Shown here: piece after piece, positions 27,854 to 36,931 of the stretch
How the letters are laid out: each line of letters starts with the position of its first letter
How positions within the stretch are numbered: the stretch's first letter is position 1
Source of the DNA: an uncultured Anaerolineales bacterium
Lineage (GTDB): Bacteria > Planctomycetota > Phycisphaerae > FEN-1346
DNA length: 64,000 bases
Reading direction: 5' to 3'
NCBI GenBank assembly: GCA_964539385.1
Contig: CAZIJC010000007.1
Coordinates: 1,193 to 65,192 of the forward strand
Position numbers and translations under genes: made by a program
Notes under the pieces: model-generated
Seen by the model: the letters and a program-made list of their open reading frames with translations, nothing else
Told to the model about the DNA's origin: nothing
The model's database searches: none

Positions 27854-28978
27854 TCAGCCGTCGGCTCGGCGCCGCACGAAGCGGCCGCCGGGCAGCGCCC
27901 GCACCAGCCCTTTGAGTTCCAGCAGCGTCAGTGCCCCGCCGGCCTTGGCGGCATCGAGGCCCGCCCGCGATGCCAGGACGTCCAGCGGCGCCGGCTCCGT
28001 GTCGAGGACTTCCATCAGCCGCGCTTCCTCCGCCGAAAGGTTCGCCTTCAGGCAGAGCGTCTCCTGCCGCGGCGCGTCGGCGCCCGCGGGGGTAGCGATC
28101 TCCAGGTCCGGGAACTCCTCCAGCACGTCGGCGACCGACTCGATGAGTTTCGCTCCGTCGCGGATCAGGCCGTGGACGCCGGCCGCACCGGGGGCATCCA
28201 CGCGGTTCGGGACGGCGAAGACCTCCTTGCCCATCTCGCCGGCCAGGCGCGCCGTGATCAAGGCCCCGCTTCGCCGGCCGGCCTCCACGACGATGGTGCC
28301 GAGCGACAGGGCCGCCAGGATGCGGTTCCGCCGCGGAAAGTTCTCGGCCGCCGGGCCGACCGTCATCGGGAACTCGCTCACCAGCGCGCCGCGCTCGATG
28401 ACCGCGTCGGCCAGGCGGGTGTTCTCCGGAGGATAGACCGACGCGAGGCCGTTGCCCAGGACGGCGAGCGTCCGGCCGCCGGCGGCCAGCGCTCCGCGAT
28501 GGGCCGCAGAATCGATGCCGCGCGCCAGGCCCGAGACCACCGTGAACCCCGCCCGCGCCATGCCGCCCGCAAGACGCTCGGCCTGGTCCTGCCCGTACAG
28601 GCTGCACTTGCGCATGCCCACGATGCTGATGGCCTGGGCGTCCTCCGGCACGATGGAGCCCTTGACGTACAGGACCGGCGGCGCGGCGAACAGGTATCTG
28701 AGGGCGACCGGGTACTCCGGGTCGCCGCGAATGATAACGGCTGCGCCGGCGGATGCGGCGAGCTCGAGTTCCGCCTCGGGCTCGGCCTGCTGGATCCCAG
28801 AGCGGATCGCGCGGGTCTTGACGTGTCCGAGGCCCTTCACCTCGGCGAGTGCGGCGGCGCCGGCTTCGGCTGCAATTGCGGCGGAACCGAAATGCTCGAC
28901 GAGCGCGCCGTAGAGGCGCGGGCCGATGCCCCTGGTCAGGTGCAGCCGAATCGTCGCCAGCCGTTCGTCCTGGTCCAT
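27854..28978 (-). CDS. dprA: DNA-processing protein A (SMF family)
   Basis: Rossmann-like core VVSGLARGIDSAAHRGAL...VLGNGL..VYPPEN..L, with a C-terminal winged-helix-like tail. Confidence 0.93.
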   Translation of the reverse strand: MDQDERLATIRLHLTRGIGPRLYGALVEHFGSAAIAAEAGAAALAEVKGLGHVKTRAIRSGIQQAEPEAELELAASAGAAVIIRGDPEYPVALRYLFAAPPVLYVKGSIVPEDAQAISIVGMRKCSLYGQDQAERLAGGMARAGFTVVSGLARGIDSAAHRGALAAGGRTLAVLGNGLASVYPPENTRLADAVIERGALVSEFPMTVGPAAENFPRRNRILAALSLGTIVVEAGRRSGALITARLAGEMGKEVFAVPNRVDAPGAAGVHGLIRDGAKLIESVADVLEEFPDLEIATPAGADAPRQETLCLKANLSAEEARLMEVLDTEPAPLDVLASRAGLDAAKAGGALTLLELKGLVRALPGGRFVRRRADG

Positions 28979-29022
28979 CCACGGTTATCCTGTGTCGGCG
29001 TGTGGCTTCACTTCTGCCGGGA

Positions 29023-30138
29023 TCAACAGCCGGCGGCGAGGCAGCGAAGCGCCTCGCAAATCTCGTCGTCCGTCACGTCGTCGGTGTCGCAGACGGCGCC
29101 GATGGTCTGCGGCAGGATGAACCGCAGGCGGCCGGACCGGGCCTTCTTGTCGTGCCGCATGATCTCCAGGCACCGCTCTGCGTCCGGCGGCGCGTCGAGG
29201 CCGACGGGCAGGCCGAAACGCTCGAGCAGCGTGCGCTGGCGCTGGAGGAGTCCGGCCTCGGCGGTGCCCCGCGCTTGGGCGATTCGGGCTTCAGCCATCA
29301 TGCCGAGGGCGACCGCGCGGCCGTGGGTGACGGCGGCGCCGCCGAGTTGACCTTCGGCTTCCATCGCCAGGCTCTCCAGGGCGTGGCCGACGGTGTGCCC
29401 GTAATTCAGGATCCGCCGCAGGCCCCCCTCGCGTTCGTCGGCCATGACGACGTCGGCCTTGATCTCGACGTTCCGGGTCACCACGTCTTCGAGGACGGCC
29501 GCGTCGCGGGCGAGGATTCTGTCGGCCTCGGCTTCGAGCGTGTCGAACAGGGCGGCGTCGCGGATAACGGCGTGTTTGACGACCTCTGCCAGGCCGGTCC
29601 TCAGTTCCTCCTGCGGCAGGGTTGCGAGGGTCGTCACGTCGGCCAAAACGGCGGACGGCTGGTGGAACGCGCCGATGAGGTTCTTGCACTCCGGATGGTC
29701 CACGCCGGTCTTGCCGCCCACGCCGGCGTCCACCTGCCCGAGCAGACTGGTCGAGACGGCCACCCACGCGATGCCGCGCATGTACGTGGCCGCCACGAAC
29801 CCCGCCAGGTCCGTGACGACGCCTCCGCCCAGTCCCACGACGACGGAGCCGCGGTCGAGGCCCGCCTTCAGCATGGCCTCGTACAGTCGGCCGGCCCGCT
29901 CGAGCGTCTTGGACGCCTCGCCGGGCGGGACGACGACGGCCTCGACCTCCAGGCCGGCGGCGCGCAGGCTCTCCATGGCGGGGTCGAGGTAGTGGCGGGC
30001 GACGTTCTCGTCGGTGATGAGCGCGGCCTTAGGGCTCCGGCTCGCCGCCTTTGCCTCCGTTCCCAGCGTCGGCAGGAGGTTCGACCCGATCCGGACGACG
30101 TAACCGAATCCGGTGCATTGGACGTGCACGTGCTGCAT
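29023..30138 (-). CDS. aroB: 3-dehydroquinate synthase
   Basis: GLGGGVVTDLAGFVAATYMRGI, GQVDAGVGGKTGVDHP, NYGHTVGHALE. Confidence 0.95.
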   Translation of the reverse strand: MQHVHVQCTGFGYVVRIGSNLLPTLGTEAKAASRSPKAALITDENVARHYLDPAMESLRAAGLEVEAVVVPPGEASKTLERAGRLYEAMLKAGLDRGSVVVGLGGGVVTDLAGFVAATYMRGIAWVAVSTSLLGQVDAGVGGKTGVDHPECKNLIGAFHQPSAVLADVTTLATLPQEELRTGLAEVVKHAVIRDAALFDTLEAEADRILARDAAVLEDVVTRNVEIKADVVMADEREGGLRRILNYGHTVGHALESLAMEAEGQLGGAAVTHGRAVALGMMAEARIAQARGTAEAGLLQRQRTLLERFGLPVGLDAPPDAERCLEIMRHDKKARSGRLRFILPQTIGAVCDTDDVTDDEICEALRCLAAGC

Positions 30139-31093
30139 GAATCTTGCCCTTATTGCGGTGCCGAAGCCAAAGAAACGCCAGTCCCAGGAGGACGACCAGC
30201 GCGACCATGAAGGCGAGCAGAACCTTATCTTTGCTCATGCCGGCGCCCGGTTGAAGGTCGGCCGGGCCCCGTTCTTCCAGTTCCAGCCGCCTCGCCACCA
30301 GCATCGGAGCAAACCCCTCGCCCTTGGTGCCCTTGTACCGGCGGACCTTGTAGAAGTAGCCCTTGACGCGGACCGTGTCGTAGACCTCCAGGTAGTTCAT
30401 CGGGTCCTCAAGAACGATGACCGTGGCGACCGGCCGCTGCTCGGTCAGCGGGAGTTCGCGGAGGTTGCATTCGTAGAGCGTCGGGATGTCCTTCCGCAGT
30501 GCCAGCACGGGCGTCGTGAACGGCGTCACCATCAGGTAGGCCCCGCGAATCGTGACGGGCTTGCCGCGATGGGCCGACGGCGTCGCCAGCAGTTGCGGAT
30601 AGCCGGTGACGGCATCGTCGGGCTGGAGCCCCTCGGGCGGCATCTTGGAGACCTTGTGGACAACGTACCAGAACGCCGATTCGTCATAGTCGAACGTCCG
30701 GTCTTTGACGTCGTTCAGCAGGGCCTCTCCCTTTTCGAGCGGCAGGTCGTAGCGTTTGAGGATGGGCAGGTCGCGGATCTCCTCGAGGGTCATCTCGCGC
30801 TTTCCGTCTCCGACGGGTTTGCCCGGCGCCCTTCTCTTCGATGTCGATTTGCCCTTCTCGGCCGGGGGCGCAGCGTCTTCGGCGTCTACGATGACCTCTT
30901 TCCTGATGGCATCGGCCACGGCCGCGTCCTTCACCGTTTCGGCCGCCGCTTGTTTGTCGGGAGCGGCATCGTTGCCCGCGGGCGTCGATTCGGCTCCGAG
31001 GGCCGGCGCCCCGGCGCCGAACGCCAGCAGCAGAAGCGCGAGGCCGAGGGTCAGGCGGCGCGAGCGCGTAACGTTCTCGTGGGTGGCGTTCAT
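30029..31093 (-). CDS. hypothetical protein with a signal peptide and a C-terminal TM anchor
   Basis: 354 aa. N-terminal LTLGLALLLLAFGAGAPALGA and C-terminal VLLAFMVALVVLLGLAFLWL, followed by a basic tail. The last about 36 codons overlap the aroB start. Confidence 0.65.
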   Translation of the reverse strand: MNATHENVTRSRRLTLGLALLLLAFGAGAPALGAESTPAGNDAAPDKQAAAETVKDAAVADAIRKEVIVDAEDAAPPAEKGKSTSKRRAPGKPVGDGKREMTLEEIRDLPILKRYDLPLEKGEALLNDVKDRTFDYDESAFWYVVHKVSKMPPEGLQPDDAVTGYPQLLATPSAHRGKPVTIRGAYLMVTPFTTPVLALRKDIPTLYECNLRELPLTEQRPVATVIVLEDPMNYLEVYDTVRVKGYFYKVRRYKGTKGEGFAPMLVARRLELEERGPADLQPGAGMSKDKVLLAFMVALVVLLGLAFLWLRHRNKGKIHAARARPMHRIRLRRPDRVEPPADAGNGGKGGEPEP

Positions 31094-31208
31094 TTTCCGT
31101 TTCTCCCGCGTCGATTCTAAACCGCCCTTCGGAGGCGGTCAAAAGGAATCCGATTGCGTCCATCCCATAAGACGGATGCCGCGGGCGTTGGTTGCGTGAA
31201 GACCGGGC

Positions 31209-31249
31209 AAAAAAAGAGACGCCGCGGAGCTTTCCGCTCCGCAGCGTCT
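31209..31249 (-). terminator. intrinsic terminator on the minus strand (13-14 bp GC stem followed by UCUUUUUUUG)
   Basis: Minus-strand sequence AGACGCUGCGGAGC-GGAAA-GCUCCGCGGCGUCU followed by a run of 7 T. There is no CDS upstream of it on that strand. Confidence 0.7.
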
Positions 31250-31448
31250 GGGGCGCCAGTCGCGTTGTGCAGTCCCGCCCCTCAACGACTGCCCAACGTT
31301 TCCTGGCGCCGCCCTCCTGGAAACCCCGTCTCCCGGCACCGCCAATCGTTCCCAACAACACGGGCCCGTGATTCACTTTTCCCTTCACTGTCATTGTTCG
31401 CACCGAGAGGGGTGCGCGGCAACCCCTGGGGCAGATTTTTCTGGTATC

Positions 31449-31477
31449 TTAATAGGCGGCGCTCGGGCTGGTATAAT
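31449..31477 (+). promoter_or_regulatory. candidate promoter for folC (TTAATA-N17-TATAAT)
   Basis: A perfect -10 hexamer about 34 nt upstream of the folC ATG at 31511. Confidence 0.5.
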
Positions 31478-31510
31478 CGCTGGACTGCCGGCTTGTCCTG
31501 GGAGACTTGC

Positions 31511-32860
31511 ATGACGCACACCGACTACGAAGCGGCGCTCGGGTACCTGTTCTCGGCCACCGACTACGAGAAGATGCGGCGCGTCCGCTACAACGCCGAC
31601 ACCTTCAGCCTCGACCGTATGCGCCGGCTGCTCGAGATGCTCGGCTCGCCGCACCGCCGCCTGCGCACCGTGCACGTGGCCGGCACGAAAGGGAAGGGCT
31701 CGACGGCGGCGCTGGTTCATGCGGTGGCGATGGCGTGCGGCCTGACGGCGGGGCTGTACACGTCGCCGCATCTGGTGGACATCCGTGAGCGTATCCGAAT
31801 CGGGGGCCGGGACATTGGACGGCACGAACTGGCGGCGCTCGTTGAGGCGGCCCGGCCTCACGTTGACCGCCTCCGGGCCGAGGACGACGCCCCGACGTTC
31901 TTCGAGATCTTCACGGCGCTGGCGTTCGGGCATTTCGCCCGCGCCGGCGTGGACGTGGCGGTCGTTGAAGTCGGATTGGGCGGGCGGCTCGACGCGACGA
32001 ACGTCCTGGCGCCCGATGTGTCGGTCATCACGGCCATCAGCCTGGATCACACGCTGCAACTGGGCGACGCGCTGAGCGCCATCGCAGCCGAGAAGGCGGG
32101 GATTGTCAAGCCGGGCGTTCCGGTGGTCTCGCAGCCGCAGCCGCCCGATGCCATGGCGGTCATTGAAGATGTCTGCCGCGCGGCCGAAGCACCGCTTGTG
32201 GTAGTCGGCCGCGAGGTCACCTACACGTGGTCCCCCGCAGAGGAGGCCGGCCGCCTGGGATGCGAGGTGACCGTTCGCACGTCCGATGCGTTGTACGACC
32301 GACTTTTCGTTCCGCTGATGGGCGAGCACCAGGTGGTCAATGCGGCCGCGGCCGTTGCCGCTGCTGAGCGCTGCGGGCCGCTCGCCGAACGGCTGTCGCC
32401 CCGGGTCGTGCGCGAAGCGCTGCGGCAGGTCCGGTGGCCCGGGCGCATGGAGCACCTGCCGGGCGAGCCCGAGGTGGTCCTCGACGGCGCCCACAACCGG
32501 GCGAGTATGGAGCAACTCCTCGAGGCGCTCGCGCGGCATTTCCCGGCCAGGCGGACGGTCGTTGTCTTCGGGTCGGCGGCCGACAAGGATGTTGACGGTA
32601 TGCTCGGCGTGCTGGCGGAGCGGCTGCCCGACTCGCCGGTCGTCTTCACGCGGACCGACAATCCGCGGGCGGCCGACCCGGCGGACCTGGCCGAACGTTT
32701 CCGCGCGTGCGGCGGGACGGCCGGCGAAGCGGCCGGCGACGTGGCAAGCGCCCTCAACGTGGCCGCCGAGAACGCAACGGCCGACGGCCTCATCGTGGTC
32801 TGCGGATCCCTCTACCTGGTGGGAGAGGTGAAGGAGCACCTGGCAGACGCCGACGGCTGA
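31511..32860 (+). CDS. folC: bifunctional folylpolyglutamate synthase / dihydrofolate synthase
   Basis: ORF 31154..32860 trimmed to Met120. VHVAGTKGKGST P-loop and a Mur-ligase-type core. Confidence 0.93.
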   Translation: MTHTDYEAALGYLFSATDYEKMRRVRYNADTFSLDRMRRLLEMLGSPHRRLRTVHVAGTKGKGSTAALVHAVAMACGLTAGLYTSPHLVDIRERIRIGGRDIGRHELAALVEAARPHVDRLRAEDDAPTFFEIFTALAFGHFARAGVDVAVVEVGLGGRLDATNVLAPDVSVITAISLDHTLQLGDALSAIAAEKAGIVKPGVPVVSQPQPPDAMAVIEDVCRAAEAPLVVVGREVTYTWSPAEEAGRLGCEVTVRTSDALYDRLFVPLMGEHQVVNAAAAVAAAERCGPLAERLSPRVVREALRQVRWPGRMEHLPGEPEVVLDGAHNRASMEQLLEALARHFPARRTVVVFGSAADKDVDGMLGVLAERLPDSPVVFTRTDNPRAADPADLAERFRACGGTAGEAAGDVASALNVAAENATADGLIVVCGSLYLVGEVKEHLADADG

Positions 32861-32886
32861 GTGCGCTCGGGCGTGTGGAGGGTATA

Positions 32887-32914
32887 GCGCGGCGGATCTC
32901 CCGACCCGCCGCGC
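32887..32914. repeat. family-1 REP-like palindrome between the convergent folC gene and the hypothetical gene
   Basis: GCGCGGCGGATCTCCCGACCCGCCGCGC. It may act as a bidirectional terminator hairpin. Confidence 0.8.
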
Positions 32915-32951
32915 AAAATCAAAACTTGTCATCTCGCCGGGCGAGGCGCCC

Positions 32952-34541
32952 TCATTGCGGTTTCACGAGCAGGCGCACGGGCGAACCGGCCTTTGCTTCA
33001 AGCGGCAGGCCGTCGTGCAGTTGCTTGCCGGTGTGGGTGGCGGTCTGGCCGGTCGTCAGGTTGCGGACCGCGTAGCGGCGGTCGAGGGCGACGGTGAACC
33101 ATTCCGGCAGCGTGTTCATGCGGGGCCAGTCGCGCTTGAAACCCATGGTCAGGCGATGGCGGGGGACGTCGAAGACGAGTTTTCCGGACCACGCCTTCTC
33201 GGCGGTCAGGACGACGGCGAGACCTTCTTTCGTCTCGGCGGCCCCGAGCGTGAGGCCCATTTGCCACGGGCGCGCGAGCAGCCCCCGCGTGTGCATCAGG
33301 GCGTGCATGATGACCGTCCGCACGCCGTTGGACTGAAGTTTCATCGTGCCCCACAGTGTGGCGGTCTCGAGCGGCTCGGCGGACCGGGCCACGTTCCGGG
33401 CCATCTCGCCGTCCACCCACGCCAGGCCTTCCGGCACGGGCACGCGGTTCAGGCAATAGATTCCGCCTTCGATGGAATCGGCGAAGCCGTCGATCGAGGA
33501 ACCCTCCCACGGATAGTTCCTGTAGCGTGGCTTGGCCAGGTTGCGGAGCGTCCGGGCGATCCGGTCCCTGTAAACGGCTTTGCCGGCTGCCATGTCGTAG
33601 CAGAGGTGCCCGACGTAGTCGTATCCCCATCCGTCGCTGAGGCGGCCTTCGTGCGGTCCGGGTTCCTTCTGGAGCGTGTTGATCATGATGCCGTCGGCGT
33701 TGGTGCCGCGCGCGAGGATCTCGTCGAGCATCTTTCGCATGTGCGGCAGATACTCGTTGGCCTTCTCGGGATTGAGCTCCGACTCGACGCCGAGCAGCAG
33801 GCCCAGGCCGCCGATGATCTCGCAGCCGTGGTCGCGCAGGCGTGTCGGCACGAAGTTGCCGGGCTTCAGGTAGTAGTCGGCCAGGCGCTCGGCCCAGGTC
33901 AGGAACTTCTTCTCGCCGGTCATCGCATACAGCCGCGCTAGGGCCTGGAGTTGCTCGCCGTTAACCTCCACGTTCGTGGACGGGATCTTGCCGTACGGCG
34001 TGTCGCACCGCGCGTGTTTCCAGATGTCCTCCTGGATGGCCTTCATGCGGTCGAACCACTCGTCCTTGCCGGTGACTTCGACGATGGCGATGAGGCCGTC
34101 CTTGACGTACTCCGAGGCGCCGTAGATCATCCGGTCGAGCGACTGCCCCTCCTGTTTGGCCTTCCGCTTGAAATCGTACGGCACGGGGATGCGGTCGAGG
34201 TGGTTGCACAGTCTCTGCTCGGCGTGCAGAACCTTGCGGACGGGCCCCTCGAGCGCCGCCTGGTCGGTGGCCCACGCGGCCCAGACCAGGAAGGGGTAAC
34301 AGTCGGCGGCGGTGTCGCGGTAGTTCCAGTTGCCGTCGGCCCGGTACAGGCCGGTCTCGGCGTCGATCTTCTTGAGTGCCACCTCATGGAGCCAGCGTTG
34401 GACCTTGCTGAGGGAGTATCCGGCGATGCCGGCCGAGGCGGCGGCCTGCTTGAAGGCCGGTGCCTCCTCGGCCGTGGCTGTGGCGGGGACACAAAGCCCA
34501 ACAGCAAGGACGACGAGAAGCAAGCGGGCGGTTCGTCTCAT
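32952..34541 (-). CDS. hypothetical secreted protein (529 aa)
   Basis: ORF 32952..34670 trimmed to Met44 (MRRTARLLLVVLAVGLCVPATATA signal). ATGA overlap with the upstream AMMECR1 gene. Function unknown. Confidence 0.7.
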   Translation of the reverse strand: MRRTARLLLVVLAVGLCVPATATAEEAPAFKQAAASAGIAGYSLSKVQRWLHEVALKKIDAETGLYRADGNWNYRDTAADCYPFLVWAAWATDQAALEGPVRKVLHAEQRLCNHLDRIPVPYDFKRKAKQEGQSLDRMIYGASEYVKDGLIAIVEVTGKDEWFDRMKAIQEDIWKHARCDTPYGKIPSTNVEVNGEQLQALARLYAMTGEKKFLTWAERLADYYLKPGNFVPTRLRDHGCEIIGGLGLLLGVESELNPEKANEYLPHMRKMLDEILARGTNADGIMINTLQKEPGPHEGRLSDGWGYDYVGHLCYDMAAGKAVYRDRIARTLRNLAKPRYRNYPWEGSSIDGFADSIEGGIYCLNRVPVPEGLAWVDGEMARNVARSAEPLETATLWGTMKLQSNGVRTVIMHALMHTRGLLARPWQMGLTLGAAETKEGLAVVLTAEKAWSGKLVFDVPRHRLTMGFKRDWPRMNTLPEWFTVALDRRYAVRNLTTGQTATHTGKQLHDGLPLEAKAGSPVRLLVKPQ

Positions 34542-35098
34542 GGTTCCTCCTTTTCGCCGAAGATTTCCGCCTCGAAGCGCGAGACGGCTACCTCGGGCGA
34601 CTTCCAGGCGTCGGGCGGCATGCCGGCTTTGCCCACGCAGCAGTGCGACAAAAACTCCTCCTTCGACCATCCCGTCTCGGTAGCGACCTGCGGCAGGAAG
34701 CAGCCCGAGCCGTACGGCCCCTGGACGTAGATGCCGTGGCGGCCGAGTTCGATGTCGCGGAGCGGGTCGTCCACCTTCTCGAGCGGCGAGAGGGCCGAGA
34801 TCTCGATGTCGATCCGCGCCAGTTCCCCTGCCGTCACGGGGTCGCCGAGGAACCGCGGATCGCGTGTGGCGGCCGCCGCCATTTCGCGGACCGTTTCATG
34901 GAGCGGCCCGCGGGCAAGAAACGTGCCGATACAGCCGCGAAGACGCTCGCCGTTCTTCATCGTGACGAACGCGCCGCACGGCGCCTCCAGCGCCTCGCTT
35001 TCGACCGCGATCTGCGGCGCGGCCGTGCCCGTCACGGCCGCCTTGATCGTCTCGCGTGCGATGCGCAGCAGCGTTTTCCTGTCGCTATCGGAAAGCAT
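34538..35098 (-). CDS. AMMECR1 domain protein
   Basis: CGAFVTMK..G.LRGCIGT signature and DPRF. Confidence 0.9.
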   Translation of the reverse strand: MLSDSDRKTLLRIARETIKAAVTGTAAPQIAVESEALEAPCGAFVTMKNGERLRGCIGTFLARGPLHETVREMAAAATRDPRFLGDPVTAGELARIDIEISALSPLEKVDDPLRDIELGRHGIYVQGPYGSGCFLPQVATETGWSKEEFLSHCCVGKAGMPPDAWKSPEVAVSRFEAEIFGEKEEP

Positions 35099-35108
35099 AG
35101 CCGGCCCC

Positions 35109-35816
35109 CTAGCCCCTCAGAACCTTCACAAGCACCACGACGCCGATTACCAACAACATGACCAGCACGGTGGCCAGGTTGAAGTACCTGTCGATGAACC
35201 GCTTGGCGGCAGGCCCGAAGACGTAAACGATCGCCGCCACCGCGAAGAATCGCATCGAGCGGAAGATGACCGACGCCGCCAGGAACTGCCAGACGGCGAT
35301 CTCGGCAAACCCCGCCACCCACGAAAATACCATGTACGGAACCGGCGTCAGCGCCGCCACCGCCACCGCCCAGAAGCCATACTCACCGAAGACCGCGAGA
35401 GCCTTGGCCGCCTCCTCGCCGAGGCCGACGAACTCCATGGCCCCCGTAACGCGGGCCTGCCCGATGGCCAGGCCCAGCAGCATGGCGGTCGTTCCGCCGA
35501 GGATGCTGAAGAGCGTGCAGATCGTCGCCCACCGGAAACTGGATCGCGGCCGCCCCAGGCACAGCGCCCCGAGCAGGAGGTCGGCCGGGACGGGGAAGAA
35601 GATGGCCTCCGAGAAGGCAAGCGCCGCCATTGCCTTGGCGGCGTGTCGGGTTTCGGCCCAGCCGAGCACCCACTCGTACAACCGTCGGACGGGCCCGAGC
35701 AGCCGCGCCGCAGCGTGGGCCTGTATCTCCTCCTCGATGATCTTGTCGGTGACGCCGGTCGTCGCGTTCGCCTTCTGATCGTCTGACAAGTGGATTTTAC
35801 CCTTCTTGCGCAACAC
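35109..35816 (-). CDS. YqaA-family (DedA-related) membrane protein
   Basis: AFSEAIFFPVPADLLLGAL resembles E. coli YqaA SFLSATLLPGNSEVVL. Multi-TM. Confidence 0.75.
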   Translation of the reverse strand: MLRKKGKIHLSDDQKANATTGVTDKIIEEEIQAHAAARLLGPVRRLYEWVLGWAETRHAAKAMAALAFSEAIFFPVPADLLLGALCLGRPRSSFRWATICTLFSILGGTTAMLLGLAIGQARVTGAMEFVGLGEEAAKALAVFGEYGFWAVAVAALTPVPYMVFSWVAGFAEIAVWQFLAASVIFRSMRFFAVAAIVYVFGPAAKRFIDRYFNLATVLVMLLVIGVVVLVKVLRG

Positions 35817-35916
35817 CGACCGCTCGCGGCCGTCTTGTCGGGTCGCATCTCCGTTTCGCTGCGGGAAGGAGTCTAAGCGGGGGAATGCAAAGCGGCAAGG
35901 TAAAATGCACTACGCA

Positions 35917-35946
35917 TTGACTTGGCCGACTCGCCGTGCCTATCAT
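35917..35946 (+). promoter_or_regulatory. candidate promoter for ispE-spoVG (TTGACT-N18-TATCAT)
   Basis: Hexamers read directly from the sequence, about 80 nt upstream of the ispE ATG at 36026. Confidence 0.45.
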
Positions 35947-36025
35947 AGACGTGGAGGGGATGACTGCCGCAGTCGGCATACCGCACCAGCGGATTTCGGC
36001 TTCCGGGAGCGACAAGGGCGGTCGG

Positions 36026-36931
36026 ATGCTCGGCGTCACATCATCGGGTCAGGGCCTGACGGTCGAGGCGCCCGCCAAGGTCAACCTGACACTTCGCGTG
36101 CTCGGCGTGCGGGACGACGGCTACCACGATCTGGAGAGCGTTGTGGCGGCGGTTGCCCTGTTCGACACACTGGTCTTCGAGCCGGCAGACGGTCTTGACT
36201 TGGTGTGCCGGGGGTTCGAGGTCCCCGGAGGCGAGGACAACCTGGTGATGACGGCCGCGCGGGTCCTTGCCGACGAATGCCGCCCGGGGCAGGGGGCCCG
36301 GATACGTTTGGAGAAGCGCATCCCTCCCGGGCGGGGTTTCGGCGGCGGCTCGAGCGACGCTGCCGCCGCGCTCGTCGGCCTGAATGCGCTGTGGGACTGC
36401 GGCCTGGAGCGGCAGGAGTTGGCTCGTCTCGGCGCCGGCGTCGGCAGCGACGTGCCGCTGTTTCTGGCGTCGCCGCTGGCCGTCATGCGCGGCCGGGGCG
36501 AGCGCCTGGAACGGGTCTCGGCCGGCTCGGCCTGGTGGCTCGTCCTGGCGTGGCCCGACTACGAGATGCCGACGGCCGAGGTGTACGCGGCCTACGACAG
36601 GCTGGGCGCCTCGCTGGACGGCAGAGCGGCAGCGACCGGCATCTTGCCCCGCCTGGCGGGGCCGGCGCGGGGGGCTCGGCCGTTTCTGGTGAATGATTTG
36701 GAGGCAGCGGCCGATAGTATTAGGCGGGGTCGGTTCGACGTGCGTGGATGTCTGGAACGTGCCGGAGCGACCGCCATCGGGATGACGGGAAGCGGATCGG
36801 CCTATTTCGCGGTTGCCGATACGGAGGTTGAGGCATGCCGCCTGGCCGAGGCCGCTCGCGCCGCGGGCGCGAAAACTCATGTTACAACACTACTGGCGGA
36901 CGGGAAGCAGCAGCAGGAGAGACCGACATGA
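36026..36931 (+). CDS. ispE: 4-diphosphocytidyl-2-C-methyl-D-erythritol kinase
   Basis: ORF 35936..36931 trimmed to Met31. APAKVNLTLRVLG.R.DGYH, GHMP kinase motif IPPGRGFGGGSSDAAA. Confidence 0.93.
   Translation: MLGVTSSGQGLTVEAPAKVNLTLRVLGVRDDGYHDLESVVAAVALFDTLVFEPADGLDLVCRGFEVPGGEDNLVMTAARVLADECRPGQGARIRLEKRIPPGRGFGGGSSDAAAALVGLNALWDCGLERQELARLGAGVGSDVPLFLASPLAVMRGRGERLERVSAGSAWWLVLAWPDYEMPTAEVYAAYDRLGASLDGRAAATGILPRLAGPARGARPFLVNDLEAAADSIRRGRFDVRGCLERAGATAIGMTGSGSAYFAVADTEVEACRLAEAARAAGAKTHVTTLLADGKQQQERPT

Noticed and set aside
31290-31400. Cobalamin-riboswitch-like fragments (AGGGAA...GUGAAUC, GCCGGGAGAC) in the minus-strand leader.
   Set aside because: The conserved GGUG...CCACUG core and a proper B12 box could not be aligned by eye, and the downstream gene has no known cobalamin link. 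I cannot name a class without a covariance-model search.
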